The notes beneath the pieces were generated by a model. The model was given only the letters and a program-made list of their open reading frames with translations. It was not told the origin of the DNA and did not search any database. A stretch of DNA of 64,000 nucleotides from positions 64,001 to 128,000 of the forward strand of contig JBMNIH010000004.1 in NCBI GenBank assembly GCA_050950825.1, written 5' to 3'. The stretch is from Clostridia bacterium. Lineage in GTDB: Bacteria > Bacillota > Clostridia > JAAYHZ01. Shown here piece by piece: positions 1-9,394 of the stretch (positions are counted from its first letter, which is position 1; every line of letters starts with the position of its first letter). The position numbers and the translations under genes were made by a program.

Positions 1-1
1 C

Positions 2-3000
2 ATCTTTGTAGGTTGGTTTAAGGATCCGGGGCTGACCGAGCCCTTCTATTACGACTACCCCGTAACGGAGGATTTGACCGTATATGCAAAATATACGGAG
101 CTGCAAAGTGAAACCTTAAACATCACTTCCTTTGCGCAATTAGACCAAGGACCCGATTTAAGCTTTGAAATCGTAAGATCGGAAGATGCGGGAACACTTC
201 CCGAGGATGCTTTCACCTTGATTCCGAAGGACGGATCCGATCCCATTCCTTTGACGTGGACCGTAAACGGCAACGTATATACGGTTTCGGCCGTCGGAGG
301 CTTTAAAGAAGGAAGCTCCTACGAGCTTACGTTAGCGGACGGCTATTCCTTCAAGGATAAGCCCGAAACCGTTCGCACCGCTTCTTTCTCCATTGCCAAG
401 GAAGAAGTGAAAAACCTTGAAATGAGCGACGGCATTATCTATATCCGGGACACGGATGAACTGGATTATGTAATCGGAGAAAAGGTTTACGAGGTCCTTG
501 TACCGAGCCTTGTTTCGACTAAGAACGGTACATTTGTTTATGAATATGCAGATACGCTGAATGTAAACGATATCATATGCTTCTACATAAACACAAAGCC
601 TACGGACCGTGATTATATGAACTTCAGCTATCATGACGATCCCGAAGTCTATGTCAAGGTTTTAGGCGTTTCCGGCGACAATACCGTCACCTTCGGTCCT
701 CTCGGGGATGACGAAATGGCGGTCCTTTACAAGATTCCGGATAACTTCCCCATTATCGTTCCCACGCTTCCCACGGAAGATACGGGCGTTGTCAATATCA
801 ATCAATTGGACGTTGACACCTATATAATGATCATGGGCGCAGACGGAACATTGGAAAAGGCAAAAGATAGAGTCAATGTCGGGGACTTTATTTCTCTTTA
901 TGTTTCTCCCGACAGCGTAACGGATGAAGACTCCGTATATTTCGGAGAAGTGACGGGATACAACAAGGATACCGGTGAGATTTCATACAAGAGAACCACC
1001 AAGGAAGCCATCGAAAGCTCAATGGACCTTTACGTCACTCCGGATATTACGGGAGACGATTTGATTAGCCCCGAAGAAAAAGCATTAATCGAAGAACAGT
1101 TATATGCCCAAATAAAGAAAAGCGGCTTTGCGGAAGACGCGGCCTTCCTCCTTGCGGATATGGCGGCCAAAACCAAGGGCTTCCGCGAGTTGGACGGAAT
1201 ACAAGTATTCTTCAAGGATGAAAACGGAAATCCTCTTTCCTATGAAGAAATTGAACTTCTTAACATAGGCAAATCCTTCGAGCTCTCCGACGATGTGGAG
1301 CTGACCGTGGAACTTATTACAAAAGGCGACCGGCTTCACTTTAAAGACGGTGTTCAGCTTGCCGTCGGTATTGACGCCGAGTTTGAAACGGAAACCGAAG
1401 ACGAAGGAAAAATCGTGATTCACCTTTCGGCGGCATTTACGGAAGAAGTGGCTTTAGGTGTCAACGTAAAAGGCGACCTTGTATGGAAGAAGATTTTATT
1501 CTTTATTCCCGTACCTATCGGCGTCTCCGTAAGTTCCTCCATCGATATTAAGAACTTCTCCGCCGTATCGTTTAATATCAATATCTATACGGTAGAAAAA
1601 GAAGAAGAATCCACGTGGGAAAAGGTGAAAGGCTTGCTGGAGGATACCCAAGTAGGTCCTATTCTCAAGCAAATCGAAGAAGTACAGAATAAAATTGACC
1701 AAGCCAAGGGTACCGCGGAACAATTGGCCGGCTATTACAGCGATCTGGAAGCCCTTTGGAATTCCATACCGAGCGATAAAACCGATAAGGAAGAATGGAA
1801 GCAGCTGGGCGAAACCTTAGGAAAGACCAATATTACGAAGGACCTTTTGGAATTGATGGATCTTTCCTTGGATACCGAATTGGAAGCCGGGCTGTATGCC
1901 CAATCCATCCGGGAGCTGATGGAAAAATACAGCGAAATGCTCCAAACGGAAACCGATTGGGTTAAGCTTGTAGATCAAAAAATGTTCGGAGCCGAGTTGT
2001 GTATCTTGGGGGTTGCCATTTCCACCTCCGTCAACTTCGTCGTTCGGGCGGATGTGAACATCGCCATGGGATCGAGCTTGGAATACGAAGTCGGAAAAAG
2101 ATATATCTTCTGGTTCAAGATCGGCTTATTCAAACCGAGCGCGGGTACCGAAACCATGGATCTGATGGACGAACGCTTCGCTTTCCAATTCTATGTCATG
2201 GGTAAGATCGGCATGAAGATGGGTATTGCCGCTTCCATTGAAGTGGGTATCGGCTCGTCGAAGCTTGCGTCCGTGGGTATTACCGCCGAAATGGGACCTT
2301 ATATCAAGCTTTACGGATTCTTCGTGTACGAATACGAAAAGCTAAGACCTGCCAATACGAGCAAGTGGATATACGATGAACGAATGGCAGGAGCCCTCTA
2401 TTTGGATTTCGGAATGTACTTTGTCTTAAGCTTCGATGCGCAAGCATTGGGCAACCTGTTTGAGTACAGCTACGACTTTATCAACGAGGAAGTTCCTCTT
2501 CTGGAAGCGGGGGAAAGATTGTATCCCTATGCCTTTTCTTATGAACCCGAAGAAGGAGAGCTGATACGTATTATAGATGCGGACGGCAACAGCACCAACG
2601 GCATTTCCATGCATCTGCCCGAAAGCTTACTTGCCCTGTCTTACATCGATCTGACCAACGGATTGTTCGGAAGCAAGACTTACAATATGGATAGGTACAA
2701 CATCACCTTCTCGAGCCCGTACTTCTCCTTGGATGATAACGGCAGAGTGGTTGTGGACGTTCCCGAAGGTGCGCAATATTTGGAATGCAATGTTACGATT
2801 ACGTATACCTACGGCAAGCTTGCCTTCAGTAAATACGACATGACGATAACCGTTCCCCTCGTATGGACGAACCTCAGCGATGCCGAATTGAACGAATATT
2901 ATACGGCTAGCGTACGAGTCGGCAACGATACGGACGGATACCAAACCGTTTGGAGAAAGCGCGTAAGAAAGAACCAAGAATTTGATCTTCCGACCATTGA

Positions 3001-5809
3001 AGAAATTAAAGAATTGATCAAGTATGATCGTTACGATAACGGCAGCGGCATCAACATGAAGTACGAAAGCTTCTTCGGTTACGATGTCTCCGAAACGGAA
3101 AGCTTAAAAATCTATACGGATACGACCTACGACATCCAAGTCGTACACAAGACCTATAGCGTTACGGTGAACGACATACAGCTTTCGGACGGCACGACCG
3201 TAAGCAGGACCTATACGACGCAATACGGCAAAGCCTTTGACTTTTCGGACCTGAAGAATACGGGTAAGAATATACTCGGAGACACTCTTGAAACCACGGA
3301 GTTTACCGTGTTTGCCGGATTGACGGCCGAGAAGGAAGGAAGCATAGGAGAAAACGAGCTTCCGACTTACGACCTTACGGCTCCCGTGGAGGGCAAATTG
3401 GCTCTTGACATCGCCGCGGGGAAAGTAAAACCGAGAGCGGAGTACGTTGACAATTCCGTTTTGGTAACATTCCGATTCGACGGATTGGCTTACCCGGATA
3501 TCGTCCAAAAAATCAAAAGAGGTACGGAGCCGAACCTTAACGCCGTGGAGGCAATCGTATCCGACAACGGATTGGCTATAAAAGACATAACGCCTATTCT
3601 CGGAAAGGTTTTCTCGAATATCACCTACACGGTTGCCTGCGGAGAACTGACGGGACCGAAAACGACGATAACCTTTGAATCGAACGGCGGTACGGAAGTA
3701 CCGTTTATCGAGAAGGTAGTAGGAAGCTTAATCGGCATCCTCCCCACACCGGCAAAATACGGTTATACCTTTGAAGGATGGTACACGGACCAAAGTCTTA
3801 CGACACCTTTCGGCTTGACCAAAATGCCTTCCGAAAACATGACCCTCTATGCAAAATGGTCGGCCAATGTTTACAGGGTTGTTCTTAATGCAAACGGCGG
3901 CGCTTTCGAAGGCGATGCGGGAACGAAGGAAATAACCGTTACCTTCGGAACTCCTTACGGCGATCTTGCGGCTCCTACCCGCAGCGGCAAAGGCTTCGTC
4001 GGCTGGTTCACCGATCCGGAGGGCGGTACGGAGGTTCTTGCGGATACCGTCGTCGACGCGGCGGGAGATCATATTCTCTACGCCCGTTGGGTAGATCTTA
4101 TCGTTATCGGAAACGATGTATTCTCCTTTGTGCCGGTGGTTACCACTTATATGAAAGGCGTTTCGGTTCCGGCGAATATCATACAAAACGAAGCATATGC
4201 GGGACCGGAGGGCTTTACCTTTGAGTACCGTATGCAAAACGATCCGAATGCCGCTTTCGATGCTCCCGTCGGTGCGGGTACATATGATTTGGTGGTGAAA
4301 AGACCGGGGGATAACGTCTATGCTCCCTTTGAGTATCGGTACGAAGGTGTTGTCATTATTAATAAGGCGGTTCGAACGCTGGAAGAAGCACCTATTGAGG
4401 CGGTCCGAAGAGGATATACCTTCTTGGAGCTAGGGGTTGTGGAAAATGGCATTGACGATCTAAGCGACATGGCAACCATCGTCTATTACGGGTCAATAAA
4501 AATGTGGAACTTCGAAATTGATGTTCCATTTGCCAGCGGAACCGGCTATATCGACGGGATCGTACCCGGCTCCGTTATGAGCTTCAAAATCGAAGTGAGA
4601 GACGACCCGAACTATGAAAACGCAAGATCCAAGGCCGTTCCGATCCAGACGTTACCTCCGCCTACAGAGTCATGGTTGGATCATACGGAACCCGTGGCTG
4701 TTGTCAACGGCAGCGTAACCGTCTCAACGGCGGGACAGCTTGCATATCTGGCGAAGGAGATCAACAGCGGCAATTTGGACAGCAGAGGACTTCAAGTGAC
4801 TCTGGCAAACGATATCGATCTGACCGGTTATTTGTGGGAACCTATCGGCAATACGGAGAATACGGCCTTTAAGGGAGATTTTTACGGGGATATGCATACC
4901 GTAAGCGGAATGTATGCGGACGGTATCTATTCCGGTTTGTTCGGTATTACCGACAACGCGTTATTGGAAAACGTGCAGATCAAAGAATCGTATGTCTACG
5001 GATTATCCGCCGCGGGTAGTATCGCGGGGGTCGCATGGAACAACTCGTTAATCCGAAACTGCGTAAATCGTGCCATCGTTACGGGAGAAAATGAAACCGG
5101 CGGTATCGTGGGTATACTCGGACAGGTCATATTCTGGCTGGACGGTGCGGATTTCTCCAAGGTGGATGGCTGCATTAACTACGGAAATATATCCGGAGTA
5201 AAATTCACCGGCGGTATCGTCGGAAGGACCTATACCTATACATATATCGGGTATACGATTAACCGTGCCGTTATCAACTGTATTAACTACGGAAACGTCT
5301 CAGGCGGAACTTCTGTCGGCGGTATTGCGGGAGCCCAGATTGAAGGTTATATTTCCAACAACGTAAACTTCGGATGGGTGTCCGGCGAAACCAATGTCGG
5401 CGGCATCGTGGGTCTGAACAGCAATTATCATTCCGTTGTGGAGAACTGTTACTCGGCCGGGACGGTAGAAGGATACGAACAATATATCGGAGCGGTCGTC
5501 GGAAGGAATGAGAACGACAACGGAAAAGTGAATTACTGCTATTATAGAGCCGGATCGGCAACTTGCGACGAAGAGGTACGATACGGACTCGGTACCAAGA
5601 ACGGTTCGGTTCCGGACGGAGATAAGGGCTACAAAGTTGCATCCTTTACATCCTATGACAGTTCGTTGAGCAAAGATTACGGTTACGGTAAGACAAACCT
5701 GTTGACGGTATTGAATGCCTACGTACAGGACAATGGAGGAGAGCCTCCGGGTCTTTGGTCGGCAGGTCCGGACGGATACCCGATCCCTTGTACGATTCAA
5801 TGGCCGTAA
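2..5809 (+). CDS. Giant surface/secreted protein, 5'-truncated (>1935 aa): InlB B-repeats (Listeria-Bacteroides repeats), long beta-rich central domain, MBG-like domain, C-terminal GLUG-type repeats
   Basis: Frame is open from base 2 (IFVGWFKDPGLTEPF...DLTVYAKY, itself a B-repeat), so the real start is upstream of the window. Further B-repeats: FESNGG..GYTFEGWYTD..TLYAKW and LNANGG..GFVGWFTD..LYARW. C-terminal LANDIDL..WEPIG..F.G plus repeated GGIVG / NC.N.G.VSG motifs. Confidence 0.85.
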   Translation: MFVGWFKDPGLTEPFYYDYPVTEDLTVYAKYTELQSETLNITSFAQLDQGPDLSFEIVRSEDAGTLPEDAFTLIPKDGSDPIPLTWTVNGNVYTVSAVGGFKEGSSYELTLADGYSFKDKPETVRTASFSIAKEEVKNLEMSDGIIYIRDTDELDYVIGEKVYEVLVPSLVSTKNGTFVYEYADTLNVNDIICFYINTKPTDRDYMNFSYHDDPEVYVKVLGVSGDNTVTFGPLGDDEMAVLYKIPDNFPIIVPTLPTEDTGVVNINQLDVDTYIMIMGADGTLEKAKDRVNVGDFISLYVSPDSVTDEDSVYFGEVTGYNKDTGEISYKRTTKEAIESSMDLYVTPDITGDDLISPEEKALIEEQLYAQIKKSGFAEDAAFLLADMAAKTKGFRELDGIQVFFKDENGNPLSYEEIELLNIGKSFELSDDVELTVELITKGDRLHFKDGVQLAVGIDAEFETETEDEGKIVIHLSAAFTEEVALGVNVKGDLVWKKILFFIPVPIGVSVSSSIDIKNFSAVSFNINIYTVEKEEESTWEKVKGLLEDTQVGPILKQIEEVQNKIDQAKGTAEQLAGYYSDLEALWNSIPSDKTDKEEWKQLGETLGKTNITKDLLELMDLSLDTELEAGLYAQSIRELMEKYSEMLQTETDWVKLVDQKMFGAELCILGVAISTSVNFVVRADVNIAMGSSLEYEVGKRYIFWFKIGLFKPSAGTETMDLMDERFAFQFYVMGKIGMKMGIAASIEVGIGSSKLASVGITAEMGPYIKLYGFFVYEYEKLRPANTSKWIYDERMAGALYLDFGMYFVLSFDAQALGNLFEYSYDFINEEVPLLEAGERLYPYAFSYEPEEGELIRIIDADGNSTNGISMHLPESLLALSYIDLTNGLFGSKTYNMDRYNITFSSPYFSLDDNGRVVVDVPEGAQYLECNVTITYTYGKLAFSKYDMTITVPLVWTNLSDAELNEYYTASVRVGNDTDGYQTVWRKRVRKNQEFDLPTIEEIKELIKYDRYDNGSGINMKYESFFGYDVSETESLKIYTDTTYDIQVVHKTYSVTVNDIQLSDGTTVSRTYTTQYGKAFDFSDLKNTGKNILGDTLETTEFTVFAGLTAEKEGSIGENELPTYDLTAPVEGKLALDIAAGKVKPRAEYVDNSVLVTFRFDGLAYPDIVQKIKRGTEPNLNAVEAIVSDNGLAIKDITPILGKVFSNITYTVACGELTGPKTTITFESNGGTEVPFIEKVVGSLIGILPTPAKYGYTFEGWYTDQSLTTPFGLTKMPSENMTLYAKWSANVYRVVLNANGGAFEGDAGTKEITVTFGTPYGDLAAPTRSGKGFVGWFTDPEGGTEVLADTVVDAAGDHILYARWVDLIVIGNDVFSFVPVVTTYMKGVSVPANIIQNEAYAGPEGFTFEYRMQNDPNAAFDAPVGAGTYDLVVKRPGDNVYAPFEYRYEGVVIINKAVRTLEEAPIEAVRRGYTFLELGVVENGIDDLSDMATIVYYGSIKMWNFEIDVPFASGTGYIDGIVPGSVMSFKIEVRDDPNYENARSKAVPIQTLPPPTESWLDHTEPVAVVNGSVTVSTAGQLAYLAKEINSGNLDSRGLQVTLANDIDLTGYLWEPIGNTENTAFKGDFYGDMHTVSGMYADGIYSGLFGITDNALLENVQIKESYVYGLSAAGSIAGVAWNNSLIRNCVNRAIVTGENETGGIVGILGQVIFWLDGADFSKVDGCINYGNISGVKFTGGIVGRTYTYTYIGYTINRAVINCINYGNVSGGTSVGGIAGAQIEGYISNNVNFGWVSGETNVGGIVGLNSNYHSVVENCYSAGTVEGYEQYIGAVVGRNENDNGKVNYCYYRAGSATCDEEVRYGLGTKNGSVPDGDKGYKVASFTSYDSSLSKDYGYGKTNLLTVLNAYVQDNGGEPPGLWSAGPDGYPIPCTIQWP

Positions 5810-5881
5810 AAATATACTTCCCCATATTGGAATATAGGGCTTCCGAGGGAAGCCCTTCCTTCTGTTTTTAAGGAGCATCCG

Positions 5882-6763
5882 ATGAAAAAAGTCTTGTTTA
5901 TTCTGCTTGCCGTCGTCGTACTTTTATCCGGCTGCGGAGTTCAAAAGCAAAATACGAATTCGGTGAATGAGCCCGAGGGTGTTGTTATCGCTCTTTTGGA
6001 TACCGGCATCTCCCTTCGTGCCATCGACGAAAAGTATATTCTTCCCGGCTACAATTACACGGAAAACTCGGAAAATACCGAGGATCGAATTAATCACGGA
6101 ACCGCGGCGGCCAGCGTAATCGTCGGGTCCGCTCCTGCGAAGGTAGAGGGGCTTGCCGAAAACGTCCGTTTGGTTCCTTTGGTTGTCTTGAGCAAAACGG
6201 AGGACGGCAAGCAAAAAAGCATCGATGCCCGGACCTTGGCGAAAGCGATAAGGGACAGTGTGGACAAATACGGTGCGGATATTATCAATATTAGTTTCGG
6301 TATAAAAAAGGATGTGGAAGAAGTCAGGAAAGCGGTAGCCTATGCCGAAAAGAAAGGGGTTTTGGTAGTCTGTGCGGTGGGCAATAGCGGGAATGACCGG
6401 GATATTTATTATCCTGCCGCTTATGAAACGGTGCTTGCGGTAGGCTCCCACGATAAAGACGGAAAGCTTTCCGACTTTTCCCAAAGAAACGGCACGGCGG
6501 ATATCCTTGCTCCCGGTGAAGACATTTGGCTTGCTTCTCGAAACGGCAAAACCTACGGTACGAAGGGCACCTCCTTTGCCGCGGCTTACGCATCCGCTGC
6601 GGCGGCTGTTCTTCTTTTCGAATACCCCGATCTTTTGCCGCAAGAGATAAGAGAATGCCTGATTCGGTCCGCCGATAAGATCGAAGATGAAGGCGCCACA
6701 ACTGACAATGCGGGAATCTTGAATTTGGAGGCCGCTTTCGCATATGCAAAAGAGATGAAATAG
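5882..6763 (+). CDS. S8 (subtilisin-family) serine peptidase, lipoprotein
   Basis: Lipobox LSGC after a hydrophobic signal. Catalytic motifs LDTG, HGT and GTS; oxyanion GN in AVGNSG. RBS aggag. Confidence 0.9.
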   Translation: MKKVLFILLAVVVLLSGCGVQKQNTNSVNEPEGVVIALLDTGISLRAIDEKYILPGYNYTENSENTEDRINHGTAAASVIVGSAPAKVEGLAENVRLVPLVVLSKTEDGKQKSIDARTLAKAIRDSVDKYGADIINISFGIKKDVEEVRKAVAYAEKKGVLVVCAVGNSGNDRDIYYPAAYETVLAVGSHDKDGKLSDFSQRNGTADILAPGEDIWLASRNGKTYGTKGTSFAAAYASAAAAVLLFEYPDLLPQEIRECLIRSADKIEDEGATTDNAGILNLEAAFAYAKEMK

Positions 6764-6793
6764 TATAAATAGAACATGATCTTCTTTCCTAGG

Positions 6794-6824
6794 GAAGCCG
6801 AGTTGAAAAGCCGGCTTCTTTTTT
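6794..6824 (+). terminator. Rho-independent terminator
   Basis: gaagccg/cggcttc stem followed by a T6 run. Confidence 0.7.
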
Positions 6825-6876
6825 ATATTATCTTTATAAAGCACAAATTCTTTTATATACCTTTGGAGGCTGCCAA

Positions 6877-7800
6877 ATGAAAATCAACAAGATTAGTATC
6901 GTAGGGATGGGAGCGTTAGGAATACTGTACGGCGATTTCTTTACTCAAAAGTTAGGAAAAGAACGCGTCGAATTCGTAATGGATCGGGCTCGGCTTAAAA
7001 AGTATCAAAAAGAGGGCGTTTATTGCAACGGCAGACCTTGTGATTTTACGGTTGTGAACGAAGATGAGAAAAACGCCTTTACGGATCTTTTGATATTTGC
7101 CGTTAAAGCCTATTCTCTTGATCGGGCGATCCTGTCGGCAAGAAACAAGGTATCGCAAAACACGGTGATATTATCCTTGCTCAACGGAATTACAAGCGAA
7201 GAAATCATCGGACAAGTCTTCGGTCCGGACAAGGTCATCTATTGCGTTGCACAGGGAATGGATGCCGTGAAGATCGGTAATGAAATGACGTACACGAATA
7301 TGGGAAAGCTTTGCATAGGGATTTTGGATCATGAAAAAGACAAAAAAGAAAAGCTTCAAGCCGTTATCGATTTGTTCGAGCAAACCGGCCTTCCTTATGT
7401 AGCGGAGGAGAATATGAAACACCGATTATGGAAGAAATTAATGATCAATACGGGTGTAAACCAAATTGTCACGATTTACGAGGGAACCTTTAAAACCGTT
7501 CAGCAACCGGGAGAAGCAAGGGATATGATGATCGCGGCCATGAGGGAAGTGATCCTATTGGCCGAAAAAGAAAACATTCCGATTACGGAAAAGGATTTGG
7601 AGGAATATGTATGCTTAATTGATACCCTCGATCCGAACGGGATGCCGTCCATGCGGCAAGATGTCCTGGAAAAAAGAAAAACCGAAGTGGAATTGTTTTC
7701 AGGGACCGTAATCAAGCTGGGAAAAAAACACGGAGTGCCGACACCCGTCAATCAAAGGATATATGAAAAGATCCGGAGCATGGAGGAAGAGTATTTATAA
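6877..7800 (+). CDS. panE: 2-dehydropantoate 2-reductase (PanE/ApbA family)
   Basis: GMGALG Rossmann motif, AVKAY, LLNGI, WKKLMIN, PSMRQD..KRKTEVE, GVPTPVN. Confidence 0.85.
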   Translation: MKINKISIVGMGALGILYGDFFTQKLGKERVEFVMDRARLKKYQKEGVYCNGRPCDFTVVNEDEKNAFTDLLIFAVKAYSLDRAILSARNKVSQNTVILSLLNGITSEEIIGQVFGPDKVIYCVAQGMDAVKIGNEMTYTNMGKLCIGILDHEKDKKEKLQAVIDLFEQTGLPYVAEENMKHRLWKKLMINTGVNQIVTIYEGTFKTVQQPGEARDMMIAAMREVILLAEKENIPITEKDLEEYVCLIDTLDPNGMPSMRQDVLEKRKTEVELFSGTVIKLGKKHGVPTPVNQRIYEKIRSMEEEYL

Positions 7801-7940
7801 TGCCGTTATTATCCCCGTTTCGAGAGGATATCCCGTAGCGAAGAGGCGGCGTAATGATTTAGGCGTATGAAGCATCCGAGAATCACGGAAGCTTATCAAC
7901 GAATAGAAGAAAACATTTCCGTTTTAGGAGGGACCGACAA

Positions 7941-8582
7941 ATGGGAAGAAAATACGCAAGCATCCATATACGCACGGACAAGCCGGAGGAGGTCATAGAA
8001 AAACTGAAAGGCCGTTACGTAACCGATCACGATAACATGAAAAATCTCATGAATATGGCTTGCAAATTCATAAACGGTGAACAAGCGAGATACTTATTGG
8101 AAAGAACTCATGATTTGTGGACCTCTGAAGTCCTTGTAATCCGCTACGCATCCTTTGTTTCCGTATACGACGACCGGCTTTCCTTTGAAACGGTGGAGAA
8201 AAAAGCTCGCGAATTGTCAAAAGATATCGATGAACCGGTTGCGTATACATCCGTATTTGACGACGATATTTTCTTTTTCGGCGTTTATCGCCGGGGAAAA
8301 ATCATCACGGGCGGCAGGGTCGGAGAGAATTTACGGGTATACGGAATAAAGCCGAAAGCCGTTAACATCGATAAATTCTGCAAGGCGATAAATGTTTTAA
8401 AGCCTTGCTCCCTTGAGGGTACCAATGGGACAAATAATATTAAGGCTATGGAAGACGAAATCGAGAATTTGCTGCAGGTACCCCTGAATTTATCGCCGGA
8501 TGAGGTTCGGTCCGATCCTACGCATTTTGTAAAAAAAGATAGGGACGATATGGAATTTTCTGTGTATGAGTATAAATCATAA
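7941..8582 (+). CDS. Hypothetical protein (213 aa)
   Basis: ORF with RBS aggaggg; no family recognised. Confidence 0.7.
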   Translation: MGRKYASIHIRTDKPEEVIEKLKGRYVTDHDNMKNLMNMACKFINGEQARYLLERTHDLWTSEVLVIRYASFVSVYDDRLSFETVEKKARELSKDIDEPVAYTSVFDDDIFFFGVYRRGKIITGGRVGENLRVYGIKPKAVNIDKFCKAINVLKPCSLEGTNGTNNIKAMEDEIENLLQVPLNLSPDEVRSDPTHFVKKDRDDMEFSVYEYKS

Positions 8583-8596
8583 CCGTATGCAACCCT

Positions 8597-9205
8597 TTAT
8601 TTTCTCAAACCGTACAGCAGTATTTTGAAGTGATCCGATATCTGTCTTTCCAAATCAAAATCGGGATAACGGATACACCATTCAAAGGCAATTCCGCGTA
8701 TGGCCATAATCAAGTGCTTGGCAAGGTCCTCCACCGGGATATCCTCACGTAACTCGTCTTTTCGAATCCCTTTTTCCAATACCTCGGACAATAACCGGTA
8801 TAGCTCTCGGTTGTAGCTTATGGCGGGCATCGTATTGAAGGCGGACTTTGTCAAATAAGCCCTATACAATACCCTCATATTTTCATATCCAATGCTTTCG
8901 GAAAGAAACGTGGAAATTTTTCGGCCCAACAAAGCCAAGACCTCTAAAACGGAAGCTTCTTCCGATACGGTTGACAAGAAAGCTTTGTAATTAAAATCGG
9001 CATATTTTGTATATTCATTCACCAATTCGGCGGCTAAGGCGTCCTTCGATTCAAAGTGAACATAAAAGGCCCCCTTCGATACTCCCGCCGCCTCCACAAT
9101 GGCATCCACGCTGACATTTTCAAATCCATATTCATGTGCCAAACGGCGAGCGGCTTCATATAACTTCTTTTTTGTTTCGATGGCTTGCAGCTTTCTCTTA
9201 TTCAT
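8597..9205 (-). CDS. TetR/AcrR family transcriptional regulator
   Basis: HTH GFENVSVDAIVEAAGVSKGAFYVHFESKD; divergent from the 3663-aa gene. Confidence 0.95.
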   Translation of the reverse strand: MNKRKLQAIETKKKLYEAARRLAHEYGFENVSVDAIVEAAGVSKGAFYVHFESKDALAAELVNEYTKYADFNYKAFLSTVSEEASVLEVLALLGRKISTFLSESIGYENMRVLYRAYLTKSAFNTMPAISYNRELYRLLSEVLEKGIRKDELREDIPVEDLAKHLIMAIRGIAFEWCIRYPDFDLERQISDHFKILLYGLRK

Positions 9206-9231
9206 TTTTCATTTATCCTATCTCTAATATA

Positions 9232-9285
9232 TTGACTTGATCGTACAAAAGCAGTATGATGACTACAGTATGTGACTGCAGTCAC
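9232..9285 (+). promoter_or_regulatory. SigA promoter of the giant surface gene with overlapping palindromic operator(s), probably for the TetR
   Basis: TTGACT-17-TATGAT (9232-9260). Perfect palindrome GTGACTGCAGTCAC (9272-9285) plus an imperfect copy TGACTACAGTA (9260-9270). Confidence 0.7.
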
Positions 9286-9394
9286 TAAAGATCTTAATTA
9301 AATTATAGCATATTTTGTCTTCTTTGGCGAAACATTTCATTACAAGATCTTTTGTGTCGCGTCATACACAACTCGGGTCACATAGGGGGACGTC

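Noticed and set aside
5300-6844. Long antisense ORFs (5300-5878, 5924-6844) and similar shadow ORFs elsewhere (e.g. 28407-29156, 50812-51456, 62617-63306)
   Set aside because: They overlap well-supported genes on the opposite strand and show no motifs; expected from codon bias.
7801-7940. GC-richer intergenic stretch with short stems; considered as a ribozyme or riboswitch
   Set aside because: Only 4-6 bp stems and no recognisable conserved core.
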